Below, piece by piece: positions 13,211 to 25,559 of a stretch of 64,000 nt of DNA. Source of the DNA: Octopus vulgaris (Eukaryota); assembly GCA_951406725.2 (NCBI GenBank), contig OX597833.1:73498532-73562531 (forward strand), given 5' to 3'. Under the pieces are notes generated by a model. It was not told the origin of the DNA. It saw only the letters and a list, made by a program, of their open reading frames with translations, and did no database searches. Positions within the stretch are counted from its first letter, which is position 1; the number at the start of each line of letters is the position of its first letter. Made by a program: the position numbers and the translations under genes.

Positions 13211-16200
13211 TGTACTGAGGCACGAAGAAGACAGCACCATTTTGAAACGACACGAGATCTCACCTGCAACTATTGCCATACACAAGACAAAAATGAGATC
13301 TCACCTGCAACCATTGCCATACACAAGACAAAAGTGAGATTTCACCTGCAACCATTGCCATACACAAGACAAAAATGAGATCTCACCTGCAACCATTGCC
13401 ATACACAAGACAAAAATGAGATCTCACTTGCAACCATTGCCATACACAAGACAAAAATGAGATCTCACCTGCAACCATTGACATACACAAGACAAAAATG
13501 AGATCTCGCCTGCAACCATTGCCATACACAAGACAAAAATGAGATCTCGCCTGCAACCATTGCCATACACAAGACAAAAATGAGATCTCACCTGCAACCA
13601 TTGCCATACACAAGACAAAAATGAGATCTCACCTGCAACCATTGCCATACACAAGACAAAAATGTGATCTCACCTGCAACCATTGCCATACACAAAACAA
13701 AAATGAGATCTCACCTGCAACCATTGACATACACAAGACAAAAATGAGATCTCACCTGCAACCATTGCCATACGCAAGACAAAAATGAGATCTCACCTGC
13801 AACCATTGCCATACACAAGACAAAAATGAGATCTCACCTGCAACCATTGCCATACGCAAGACAAAAATGAGATCTCACTTGCAACCATTGCCATACACAA
13901 GACAAAAATGAGATCTCACCTGCAACCATTGCCATACACAAGACAAAAATGAGATCTCACCTGCAACCATTGCCATGAGATCTCACCTGCAACCATTGCC
14001 ATACACAAGACAAAAATGAGATCTCACCTGCAACCATTGCCATACACAAGACAAAAATGAGATCTCACCTGCAACCATTGCCATACACAAGACAAAAATG
14101 AGATCTCACCTGCAACCATTGCCATACACAAGACAAAAATGAGATCTCACCTGCAACCATTGCCATACACAAGACAAAAATGAGATCTCACCTGCAACCA
14201 TTGCCATACACAAGAAAAAAATGAGATCTCACCTGCAACCATTGCCATACACAAGACAAAAATGAGATCTCACCTGCAACCATTGCCATACGCAAGACAA
14301 AAATGAGATCTCACCTGCAACCATTGCCATACGCAAGACAAAAATGAGATCTCACCTGCAACCATTGCCATACACAAGACAAAAATGAGATCTCACCTGC
14401 AACCATGGCCATACGCAAGACAAAAATGAGATCTCACCTGCAACCATTGCCATACACAAGACAAAAATGAGATCTCACCTGCAACCATTGCCATACACAA
14501 GACAAAAATGAGATCTCACCTGCAACCATTGCCATACACAAGACAAAAATGAGATCTCACCTGCAACCATTGCCATACGCAAGACAAAAATGAGATCTCA
14601 CCTGCAACCATTGCCATACGCAAGACAAAAATGAGATCTCACCTGCAACCATTGCCATACACAAGACAAAAATGAGATCTCACCTGCAACCATTGCCATA
14701 CACAAGAGAAAACTGAGATCTCACCTGCAACCATTGCCATACGCAAGACAAAAGTGAGATCTCACCTGCAACCATTGCCATACGCAAGACAAAAATGAGA
14801 TCTCACCTGCAACCATTGCCATACACAAGACAAAAATGAGATCTCACCTGCAACCATTGCCATACACAAGACAAAAATGAGATCTCACCTGCAACCATTG
14901 CCATACACAAGACAAAAATGAGATCTCACCTGCAACCATTGCCATACACAAGACAAAAATGAGATCTCACCTGCAACCATTGCCATACACAAGACAAAAA
15001 TGAGATCTCACCTGCAACCATTGCCATACACAAGACAAAAATGAGATCTCACCTGCAACCATTGCCATACACAAGACAAAAATGAGATCTCACCTGCAAC
15101 CATTGCCATACACAAGACAAAAATGAGATCTCACCTGCAACCATTGACATACACAAGACAAAAATGAGATCTCACCTGCAACCATTGCCATACACAAGAC
15201 AAAAATGAGATCTCACCTGCAACCATTGCCATACACAAGACAAAAATGAGATCTCACCTGCAACCATTGCCATACACAAGACAAAAATGAGATCTCACCT
15301 GCAACCATTGCCATACACAAGACAAAAATGAGATCTCACCTGCAACCATTGCCATACACAAGACAAAAATGAGATCTCACCTGCAACCATTGCCATACAC
15401 AAGACAAAAATGAGATCTCACCTGCAACCATTGCCATACACAAGACAAAAATGAGATCTCACCTGCCACCATTGCCATACGCAAGACAAAAATGAGATCT
15501 CACCTGCAACCATTGCCATACGCAAGACAAAAATGAGATCTCACCTGCAACCATTGCCATACACAAGAGAAAAATGAGATCTCACCTGCAACCATGGCCA
15601 TACGCAAGACAAAAATGAGATCTCACCTGCAACCATTGCCATACACAAGACAAAAATGAGATCTCACCTGCAACCATTGCCATACACAAGACAAAAATGA
15701 GATCTCACCTGCAACCATTGCCATACACAAGACAAAAATGAGATCTCACCTGCAACCATTGCCATACGCAAGACAAAAATGAGATCTCACCTGCAACCAT
15801 TGCCATACACAAGACAAAAATGAGATCTCACCTGCAACCATTGCCATACACAAGACAAAAATGAGATCTCACCTGCAACCATTGCCATACACAAGACAAA
15901 ACTGAGATCTCACCTGCAATCATTGCCATACGCAAGACAAAAGTGAGATCTCACCTGCAACCATTGCCATACGCAAGACAAAAATGAGATCTCACCTGCA
16001 ACCATTGCCATACACAAGACAAAAATGAGATCTCACCTGCAACCATTGCCATACACAAGACAAAAATGAGATCTCACCTGCAACCATTGCCATACACAAG
16101 ACAAAAATGAGATCTCACCTGCCAACCATTGCCATACACAAGACAAAAATGAGATCTCACCTGCAACCATTGCCATACACAAGACAAAAATGAGATCTCA

Positions 16201-17041
16201 CCTGCAACCATTGCCATACACAAGACAAAAATGAGATCTCACCTGCAACCATTGCCATACACAAGACAAAAATGAGATCTCACCTGCAACCATTGCCATA
16301 CACAAGACAAAAATGAGATCTCACCTGCAACCATTGCCATACACAAGACAAAAATGAGATCTCACCTGCAACCATTGACATACACAAGACAAAAATGAGA
16401 TCTCGCCTGCAACCATTGCCATACACAAGACACAAATGAGATCTCACCTGCAACCATTGCCATACACAAGACAAAAATGAGATCTCACCTGCAACCATTG
16501 CCATACACAAGACAAAAATGTGATCTCACCTGCAACCATTGACATACACAAGACAAAAATGAGATCTCACCTGCAACCATTGCCATACACAAGACAAAAA
16601 TGAGATCTCACCTGCAACCATTGCCATACACAAGACAAAAATGAGATCTCACCTGCAACCATTGCCATACACAAGACAAAAATGAGATCTCACCTGCAAC
16701 CATTATTTAAGGAAAAGACAACAACATTTTCCTTCCCATACTTCTCACGCTGACACCGACCAAGACTTCGAAGCCAGGACTTTTGTCTTGCCGTGATACC
16801 ACATGCATTGTCTCCAGAGGCAACTGAACCTCACGTGTATGGGAGAGAAGGCTAACTATGCACTGCTGTGAAGATGGTTACTGAAAGCAAACCCTTTGTA
16901 CGAAGCACCTGTGAATAAACGGTTTATTGAATTTACTCCGCCTGAGAACTTCATTCTTTGTATCTCCAGTTCTTTGAATCAACAGAATAATTATGATAGA
17001 AGATACCCCAAAAGTATCCTAAAACCCTTCCTTCCATTATA
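13211..17041 (+). repeat. 3' LTR expanded to 3831 bp
   Basis: Preceded by purine tract aggagagag; starts tgtactgagg; ends ttccattata before the TSD. Confidence 0.92.
13254..16703. repeat. 41-bp tandem satellite gagatctcacctgcaaccattgccatacacaagacaaaaat, 84 units plus a partial
   Basis: Direct head-to-tail repeat without spacers; one unit has a 15-bp deletion (~13977), one has a 1-bp insertion (~16122). Confidence 0.97.
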
Positions 17042-18039
17042 TGGTAATTTACTTGAATTTACCTATGTATAACATCATAAATTATGACTCTGATAGAATC
17101 TTTTATTATTTTTGTTCCTGTCCTCCAATTTTCATGTCTCCTTCAATATTTCCTTTTTCTTTTTTTTACCAAAATACTATCAGATTTGTTTTTATCATCG
17201 CAGATTATAATTACGCAAATTTAATTTCTCCCAAATTCAGTTATTTGACAGATTTTCATTAAAAAGCAATGAAATTCTGCGTGAAATACATTATTACATC
17301 ACTATATCAAATTTAAACATTTTCACTTAATTTTAAAATTTCAAAAAGTGAAGGGAAACAGAAAAGGTCCAAGCCGGGTTTTTCTTTTTTTCAAATAAAT
17401 TCACGAGCGAAATACGTGGGCAGAACTAATGTACATTGAAATAAAAACAGCATTTGTCTGTCACCTACTTTTACTTTTTCTTATTTTAAATATTTGTCAT
17501 GTTTAACAAAAGGCACCAATCTTCCATTGTTCCGTTGTATCACAAACACATTACTTACGTAAAATAGTTTAAACACTTTCTACGTATTTCCTCTTCAATA
17601 ACTATGAACCACTTTCTTTATATTATGTACTAAGTTATATTACAGAAGATCTCTAACCACCAAGCTCCTTGCTTCATGTTATTGCATTCAATTATTTCCA
17701 TGAAGACATTTAATCACTAACGATGCCGGCGATGTAAAAAATATATGAAAACTGAAATATATTAATATTTGGTCCCTCTTGTCTTCACATGCAGCCAGCC
17801 AAACTACTGGGAAATTCCAACGAAGTGTTAATTATCAAAGCCCGCACACTTAACCTCCATTCATGTACATATAACTAATTGAGTACGTGTAGTGTACATT
17901 TGTAACGAGTTTTGACATGGTCAGTTACTGTAGCAGTTCAATACTGTTTAGAACGAACAAATAATACTTTTTAAATGTACCAGTTTCACTTTCTCAAACT
18001 AACAAGTGTGGACGGGTCAATAGCTTCTGTGCTCCCACT

Positions 18040-18330
18040 GCAGTAGGCATCCGTTGATTTCAAGGGACCACGGATGTGTGCCTGAGAATTTGTGTTAGCT
18101 GTTGATAGTGGTGCCACATCTGCTGTGGTGGCTGTACAGGCTTACATGCGAGTGGCAGTCACACAGACAATGGCTGCATTCGAAGAAGCCCTCTGCCATC
18201 ACTATTGATCCGTTGTAGTAAGTTCCAGGTTCTCTTCCCCTCACTTCATTCTCTTTTTGCAGTTTTTGGCTCCAGTATGGGCAGTCATTTGCAACCTCCT
18301 CCCATTTCTGGATGTCCACATCTATTAACT
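18040..18330 (-). mobile_element. RTE-clade LINE 3' fragment (copy B at ~45203-45495)
   Basis: IDVDIQKWEEVANDCPYW and the C-terminal C2H2-like FECSHCLCDCHSHVSLYSH. Confidence 0.7.
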
Positions 18331-20368
18331 TCATCTCTCTCTCTCTTGCTGATGTCCTTGTCCGAAGAAAAGCTAGTTTTGTGTGTGTGTGTGCGCGCTT
18401 TGTGTTATCTATTAACTAATATCAGTGTAGTCCTTCGTTATTTCAAGTTGAGAATAAACCCCTAATTTATTGATAATTCAAATGTTTTATTACTAAAGAT
18501 GGAATGGATACAGTTAGTTTACCAAATCAAAACCATTTTCTGCACATTTTTAAATTCCTGATTTCAAGGCAGATGACTCATATGGCTCAGCATCGTTTGT
18601 AACTCATCTGTTCTGTGGCACATCCTTAATGCCACAGCAGAGATGATGGATGGAGTTACTGCAACAGTAAATAAATGAAGTGAAACACTGAAATATTTTG
18701 TAGAATCTGCTAGATTGTATTTTCCAATCTGTGGCTTTTGAGACATTCTAGGGTCTGCGGATAACAGACAAGGTCTTTGACTTTGTTAGTGTCCTACTTC
18801 AAACATCAGATGGTGTTTGGGAAGTCACCTGGTTGTTTCTAGCATGTGTTATATTTGAGTGGGGTGTCTGTATACCCCTGGTTATTCACTGATTTCTTTT
18901 CTCTTTCTCATTTTCTTACTATTTGCTTTTGTCAGTTATGTTCTTTTCCACTGGAGGAAAGTCGTCATCATTTAACACCTGTTTTCCATACTGGCATGGG
19001 TTAAACGGTTAGACAGGAACTGCTAACACCAACCACTTTGTAGAGTGTAGTGGGTGCTTTTGTTATTGCACCGGTAACCGCGAGGCCACTATCTAACTTG
19101 CAAAATTGGTTAAGTGTACCCCTAATTCATGTTGTAGACATACAGGCAATCCTCAACATTGTTTCATTATAACATTCATGTGAAGTAATATAGAATAGTG
19201 TGAAATATAAATCCACCTAGGGTACCTAAAGTACATACCACAAAAATGAACTGTTGTTTACTATAATTTTTCCTTTCTTTTGGAACTTGTTTTCAATTCA
19301 GTAAAATAGAAAGAAATATATAAACGAGATTGAACAACAATACAAATCATTTTCTTTTTTTGTTTAGTTTTGTTTATCAATATTTAGCAAACAACATCAA
19401 CATATTCATCATATACACAGGTTGGCTGCCTTGAAACCAGCAGGCAGTGGTACCTACATGGTATCAGATTAAGGGCTTTATCAAAGGACACAGTATTTCA
19501 GTTTGAATACACTTAACACACCACATCTTCACTTCAAAATATTCCCTGTAAATCAATACAAATTGGTTAATGGAGAAAGAATAAACATTAATTGAAATAT
19601 CCTGTGAAATTTTAATGGCTTTTGCACAAAAATTACGTCACTGCTACTTGCAAAGAACTGGAATTTACAATTAAACACATTCACGTGTCTTGAGGTGAAG
19701 GGTTGTCGAGATTGTCATTTTCTGGAGGTAAAGGACCATGAGAATCCTTATTTTCTTCATTTTGAAAGGTAATCACAATATCAAGAACTGGTGCAGATGA
19801 TGATGATGCTGACGACAACATTCCAAAACATTGCTGCCTCGTCTACACAATAGTCATAGAAGTTCAATTCCATCTGATGCCAATGAGTCAAACGTTGTCC
19901 AGGGAATGCTTTTCTCCACACACTACATGAAACATTAAACTATGTCAATCTTTGAAACTGGGAAGCCAAACCTTACTATAACCACAATATAAAATATATT
20001 TAAACATATATTAGAACTATATAAAGTGTGTGCATTTTCCTTCTTTTATTTTATATACACACACATATATATACATACATATATACATACATATATATAT
20101 AAATATATATATGTGTGTGTATATACTTTATTAAAAAGCAGCAAAAATATCACAAAAACTGTTACTCAGAGTTTCACGTTACCATTCATCAGACAGTTTT
20201 GTTTACATTCTAAACAAAACAATCCAGCAAACAGGAACATGAAACTCCGAGTAACAGTTTTGGGATATTTTTGCTGCTTTTAATAAAGCATATTCCTCAA
20301 CCTCTGGTACTCCAGTACTATTTTTTCCACCTTCTTTCACATTTATGTGCTTACTCTGGTATATATAT

Positions 20369-20434
<66 letters not shown>

Positions 20435-20527
20435 TCAAAAGGGGTAGATACAAACGAGGTTGTAAGATGATCAAGTTGTATGAAGAAATTTTCGGATACA
20501 GACATGCAAAATTTCTGAAAATCCGAG

Positions 20528-20568
<41 letters not shown>

Positions 20569-20927
20569 TGATAGATGGATAGATAGATATGCACATATAG
20601 GTACAGGACATCACAAAACATAAACAACATGAAATACAAAGGCAAGCCTGGTATGCGAACAATGAAAGAAACAAATGGAAGACAAGACAACTAACATAAA
20701 GAATGACCCTTCATCAGTTGTTGGGTGTTTATCTCCACTCCATATTTCGAGCAATTCAGAACACTATGTGTCTTCGTTGTTTCATTTCGTTTGTTGTATG
20801 TCCAGTTTTTGTTACCAACTTTCACCTTCAGCAAAAACCAAATTTTATTTCGGTTTCCAGGAGCAACTCTTTCTCGAAGAAACATATTGTCATGAATTGC
20901 TTGAAATATATGTATTATTATTATATA

Positions 20928-20958
<31 letters not shown>

Positions 20959-20989
20959 TTATGGGCATTCTTTAAATTATTTCTACACT

Positions 20990-22200
20990 CAGCTTTTTAT
21001 TCGGTTGCTACATTTAGAATTCTGCAATCATGCACTGTATAGACATTTATGCTGCATTTCAGGATTTTTAGTATAAACGATTGCATATCTACAATTTTCT
21101 TCATTTCAAGGAATATACTACCAACCTCTGCCAGCACTTTATCTGGAGAATGGATTTTCGAGTATTTCCTTTGAAATAGTCTCAGTTTTGTTGTGAATTT
21201 GACAGTATTATGAGGACATCATCGCTGGGAAAATAATCTAGGCAATTGCAAACAAATGTCTTCCAACGGTTAAGCCTGATCTCTTCTGTTCTTTGGAATA
21301 TTCATTGGCTCTACACCCTTAATTTTTTACAAATTTATCACGTTTGTAATTTACCCCTGGATGTCTTTTTTAATCCATTTACAACTCCCAAGGCCAACAC
21401 TATTTTTTCACTCTGGTACAGCAATTTCTTTTGGCATTTAAGTTCTTTTGGTGTCTTTAATAACTTTGAGGTTTTTACTACTTTCACAATCGTAGCACCC
21501 TTGCTGTAACTCATGAGGACAACTGGGGATAAGTCTGATATAGAAGTTTCAAACGATGTCCCCAGAACAAAAACTAGTCCCCTCTATGGAAACCTGCAGA
21601 ATGGTTAACCGTTCATTGCATGCAGGTATGTAAATATTGGAAAGGTACTGAGGTAAGGGTGCATCGGTAGTAGAAACAAGATTTCTGTCAGTGAGGAAAT
21701 TAAAAAAAACCATTCACCATATTTCTGACAATATGGTGGTCACAAATTTCATGGAATATTGTTGTGTGGCCATCTTTGTCAAGTCCAAATACATCCCTTC
21801 TACTTTTGATTGGTAAAGTAGCTGTTTTCACATCCAATTCTAATGTGGCAGTATTTGTTCTTGGACAGAATCTATATTGGGTTTCACACAAGTTATTTTA
21901 CTCTTGGAACAGAATCAATTTGTGTTTGATGCTGAATTCTGTGATTTAACTGGTAGATGAAGTCAAAGATGCATGTCTATAATGTTTTGTGTTTGTCCTG
22001 CATCCTCATTTATGGCAAGAATATACAACAGCTTTTTTATTGCTAATGGGAATTTTAATGTTCTCCAGAAGATTTTGGAAAGAAACTAAAGGACTTTGGT
22101 TAGAGGATTGTTACATATTTTTAGGAGAATTGTTGGGAAGCAATCAGGGTCCGGTGCTGAGTTTATATGTATTTTGTCTGAAACAGTTATTCCATCGATT
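20990..22200 (-). mobile_element. Highly decayed CR1-group LINE RT (copy B at ~48625-49835)
   Basis: Manual translation gives NSAPDPDCFPTILLKIC (SAPGPDG-like), KAVVYSCHK.G.RTNTKHYRHASLTS (NYRPISLTS-like) and TQYRFCP; lies just downstream of the gene stop. Confidence 0.65.
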
Positions 22201-22475
22201 TCTTCTACGTCCACGTAAGGCCATGCTATTGAAAGTCTTTGTTGGCTTAGTTGTGTACCAGGAAAATGGTGAAGATATTAGAAGAGTCAGATATGCCATT
22301 CAGTTCTTTATTCTTTTGAAATTTAGCTGTATTAACATTATCAAGACATGTCACTGATGTTCAACTTCATCAGAGACACAGAAACCACCACAATAACAGC
22401 AGTAACTATCAGGTGGGACACTGCCAAAATACAGCAGACACAGGAAAATGTTCTTCACAATTATGAAAAAACAAA

Positions 22476-22920
22476 CTAAGATAGACTGCAAAGAAAATTA
22501 AAAATATTCACAATGTCATCTCTGTGTCCACTTTGGCATTTCAATTGAGGAAAACTTTCTAAATGTTTTGGAATTTCTATATCTTCATGGTTCCTGATCA
22601 TAAAAATTTGACCAATTTTAGGTTGTCGATCTTCCATGATTTGTTTGGCATATTCAGTGTGGGTTAAAAACTCTGGTGATATAGTCTTTGAATGTTCTAA
22701 ATAAATTCCAATATTGCAACTGTTTTCTAATATGGTACGAAGGTTTACAGTTTTATATTTTCCCAATATATAGTCACGATTACCAAATGTAACTTTTAAC
22801 CCAAAGTATTTGTCTAGATTCATTCCAATGTTTTCAGCCAGTTCTTCAGAGTTTGGGGATGTTAAAATATAGATATCATAATGAAAGTTAGTTACGATGT
22901 CATTCTTTGAACATGCTAAC
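22476..22920 (-). pseudogene. TIR-like coding segment of copy A, out of frame after the +1 insertion at 22921
   Basis: Translation identical to the C-terminus of copy B (LACSKNDIV...FLCSLS*). Confidence 0.8.
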
Positions 22921-24651
22921 TCCCGGTTTAGCATTGGTTTCAGAGCCAAATCCAAAACAAAGCTCATAACATTTTCTGAAGAACTCTTTGCTACAGTCAG
23001 GCTCTGTTTCTGTGAAATGCTTTCCTAAATTTACATAAATTTGTTTCATTAGCTTTACATCAACTTCATGGGGCTTAACTTCTGAAAACCTAAGACAAAG
23101 AAAAGCTTTAAAATATTGCTTATTTTTACAAAGTTTTCGTAACTTTCGTGATAATTCACTTTTATCACAATCCACGAGAAGTTTATTATAAAGTTCTTCA
23201 TCATCACGGAGTTCCTCTACTGACTCAATTAATTCCAACAGTTTTTCATTATACTCAATATACCCATGCTCATACACATCAGTCATAATATCCTTTATTC
23301 CCCAAATGTCTTTCAGCTTCTTCTGGAAAGGAAGAAATTCTATAGCAGATTTAATAGCAAGGAAGAACCTATCTGTTCCATCGTCTCTAAATTCTCTTTT
23401 TAAGTCTTCATCATTTTCTTCTTCTGCTAGTATGAAATATAATCTTCCATACAAAATATGAAAACTAACGTCTTGTATTTTAATATTTGTTTTAAATTGT
23501 TCACAACACTCCTGGGCATTTTCGTATTCTTTCAAAGCCAAATATAACAAAATCAAATCGTAGAGAACAGCTGCATTTTCTGGAGAAAGTTTAAGAGCTT
23601 CTTTAAAGTGATATTCTATTTTGCCAATGAATTCATTCCTTTCCAATTCAGGAATAGTTCTAGGATATTTAATAAGTTTTCCAAGTGTATTTTCTTCCAC
23701 AGAAAACTCCTTCTTTGCAGTGAAACATGTGAATTCTCGAATATGTATTTTTTGATAAGTTAATCCAAGATGATGATGAGAAAATGCTGTTGCATTTATT
23801 TCGATTGCTTTTACAAACAATTCTTTTGCTTTATCAAACTTATATAAAGTCTTATAAAAGTTAGCACACTTTTCCAAAACAAAACGGTCATCAGGGGCAA
23901 AATGAAGAGCTCTTTGAACATATTTTTCACTGAATTCCTGATTCTTCAGAATATTACATTTCCTTGAAGGTCTCACTTTAAACAAAGCTAATAATGCTAA
24001 CGTTTTCCCCATTAGGATCTTGTCAATACAGCGAGGAAAAGCACATCGTATTTTCTCTAAGTACTGTACTGCCTCTGTACTAATTGTGTTTTTTTTATCT
24101 TCATCAGAGATCTTTCTTAAACAACGATACTGTAACAAAGCTACACCAAATAGACATGAATAATTGCCCGGACAAAAATTGGAAGCCTCTTTGTAAAGTT
24201 TGATAGCCCTCTCATAATCATTGAATGATATTCGACTTAAACAATAAGCAACATTCATTTTACCTTCTGCTTCTATCTGTTGGAAATCTTCTCTTTTTTC
24301 AAGATTGTTAAGATAAACCATAACCTCTTTTAACTTATTCATATTTTCATTGTACAGATGAATGAATGCAAGATTGGTTAATGCCAAGAGGTTGTCTGGA
24401 TTAGTTTCTCGAACTTCATTGGCTAATCTTTCAGCTTCAATATTCTTATTTAGCTCCCACTGAATAAACACCAAGGTATTCTTGTGGCGAATCTCATCTT
24501 CTAAACCAGACACAGTATCGTTACTTAATGAATTTTCCAGTTTTTTGTAAAGAGACAACCAATGATCTTTGGTGTAGTGAAAATATTCTCCCATTAAATT
24601 CGGAAATCTCTGAATTTTTTCTCTGTACAATTCTCTTCTGCTTTCGTCATC
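22900..24651 (-). CDS. Exon 2 of IFIT-like TPR gene, copy A (TIR-less, 600 aa with exon 1)
   Basis: Acceptor ttttctttcag|GATGAC in phase 0 at 24651; TPR motifs; frameshift gives ...AKPGVSMFKE*. The ORF-track N-terminus MPTIMV...FFFQ is intronic polypyrimidine sequence. Confidence 0.8.
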   Translation of the reverse strand, partial: DDESRRELYREKIQRFPNLMGEYFHYTKDHWLSLYKKLENSLSNDTVSGLEDEIRHKNTLVFIQWELNKNIEAERLANEVRETNPDNLLALTNLAFIHLYNENMNKLKEVMVYLNNLEKREDFQQIEAEGKMNVAYCLSRISFNDYERAIKLYKEASNFCPGNYSCLFGVALLQYRCLRKISDEDKKNTISTEAVQYLEKIRCAFPRCIDKILMGKTLALLALFKVRPSRKCNILKNQEFSEKYVQRALHFAPDDRFVLEKCANFYKTLYKFDKAKELFVKAIEINATAFSHHHLGLTYQKIHIREFTCFTAKKEFSVEENTLGKLIKYPRTIPELERNEFIGKIEYHFKEALKLSPENAAVLYDLILLYLALKEYENAQECCEQFKTNIKIQDVSFHILYGRLYFILAEEENDEDLKREFRDDGTDRFFLAIKSAIEFLPFQKKLKDIWGIKDIMTDVYEHGYIEYNEKLLELIESVEELRDDEELYNKLLVDCDKSELSRKLRKLCKNKQYFKAFLCLRFSEVKPHEVDVKLMKQIYVNLGKHFTETEPDCSKEFFRKCYELCFGFGSETNAKPGVSMFKE

Positions 24652-25559
24652 CTGAAAGAAAAACAAAATAGTGAATATGTATAAAATGTGTATTAAAAAA
24701 AGCATCACCATTATCGTTGGCAAGATTCCAGGTTACTGAGACAAGGCTAAACCCTCCAAGTTAGATAAGGCTGATGCAGTGGAAGTTCATTTGGGGTTCC
24801 AGAGTTTGATGCCTTTCAAAAAAAAATACTGTCACCAGAAATGGAATTCCAGATGACAGCAGTTTTGTGGAAGAAGGATTGGTTTAGTACTTACTAACGT
24901 CTGTGTGTGTGCATGCATGATTGCTACATGGCTCTGTATGTATGTAGGTCAGGGGGTCATTGAGTAGCGGAGTCTTGTAGAGGGTCAGCAACTATTACCA
25001 TCATTTTTCATCAAACTGATGCAACACTAGAAATACTTTCAATGAGATTCCAGAAAACCTTCTCTCATGTTTAAGAGACATGTTTTCTTTTTGGTCTTTC
25101 ATCCAAAAATGTTATAGCTCCTCTCCCTTCTCCTCTTGCCATTCCTCATTACACTCTTGTTTTCAGTTTTCATATAATTCAAGGCTCTCTCTTTACCACT
25201 ACTACTACTACTGCCACCACCACTGAGACCTCTGCTCTTCCATGCTTGTTATTTCTATCCATGCCCACCTGACTTACACATCTCTCCTCCTCCTCCTCAC
25301 TTCATCATACTCTCTCTCTACAAAGAAACTTATCTATTTCTTACAATACATACCAATCTATACATCAAAATCAAAATTTTTCAGGGGTCCTTAAAATATT
25401 ATTGTGAATTCCAAATTTACTATTTTATTACGTGGACCCCCCAAAATTCTTCTATGGACTCTCAGGGACCACATGGACCCCAGTTGAGAAGCACTACTCT
25501 AGACCATCATACAAAATCTTTACTTAGAAAGCATAGCCCCAGTCAAAGAGTCTGCCAAA

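Larger units (their letters stand above)
7650..17041 (+). mobile_element. Full-length, decayed Ty3/Gypsy LTR retrotransposon
   Basis: Paired LTRs starting TGTA and ending ttccattata; 4-bp TSD TGGT at 7646-7649 and 17042-17045; PBS, PPT and gag-PR-RT-RH-IN order. Confidence 0.95.
7435..17429 (+). mobile_element. Putative non-autonomous Helitron-like repeat split by the Gypsy insertion (7435-7649 and 17042-17429)
   Basis: 7435-7570 is homologous to 44327-44462; 3' end has hairpin ttcacg-agcgaaata-cgtggg followed by CTAA|T (CTRR); 5' terminus not defined. Confidence 0.45.

Noticed and set aside
13254-16703. CRISPR-like array
   Set aside because: Units are contiguous with no unique spacers, there are no cas genes, the context is eukaryotic, and the unit is part of an LTR
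24652-24723. Hydrophobic N-terminus MPTIMVMLFLIHILYIFTILFFFQ as signal peptide or TM anchor (also 52287-52358)
   Set aside because: Starts at a non-ATG codon and is the translated intron end (polypyrimidine tract plus CAG acceptor)
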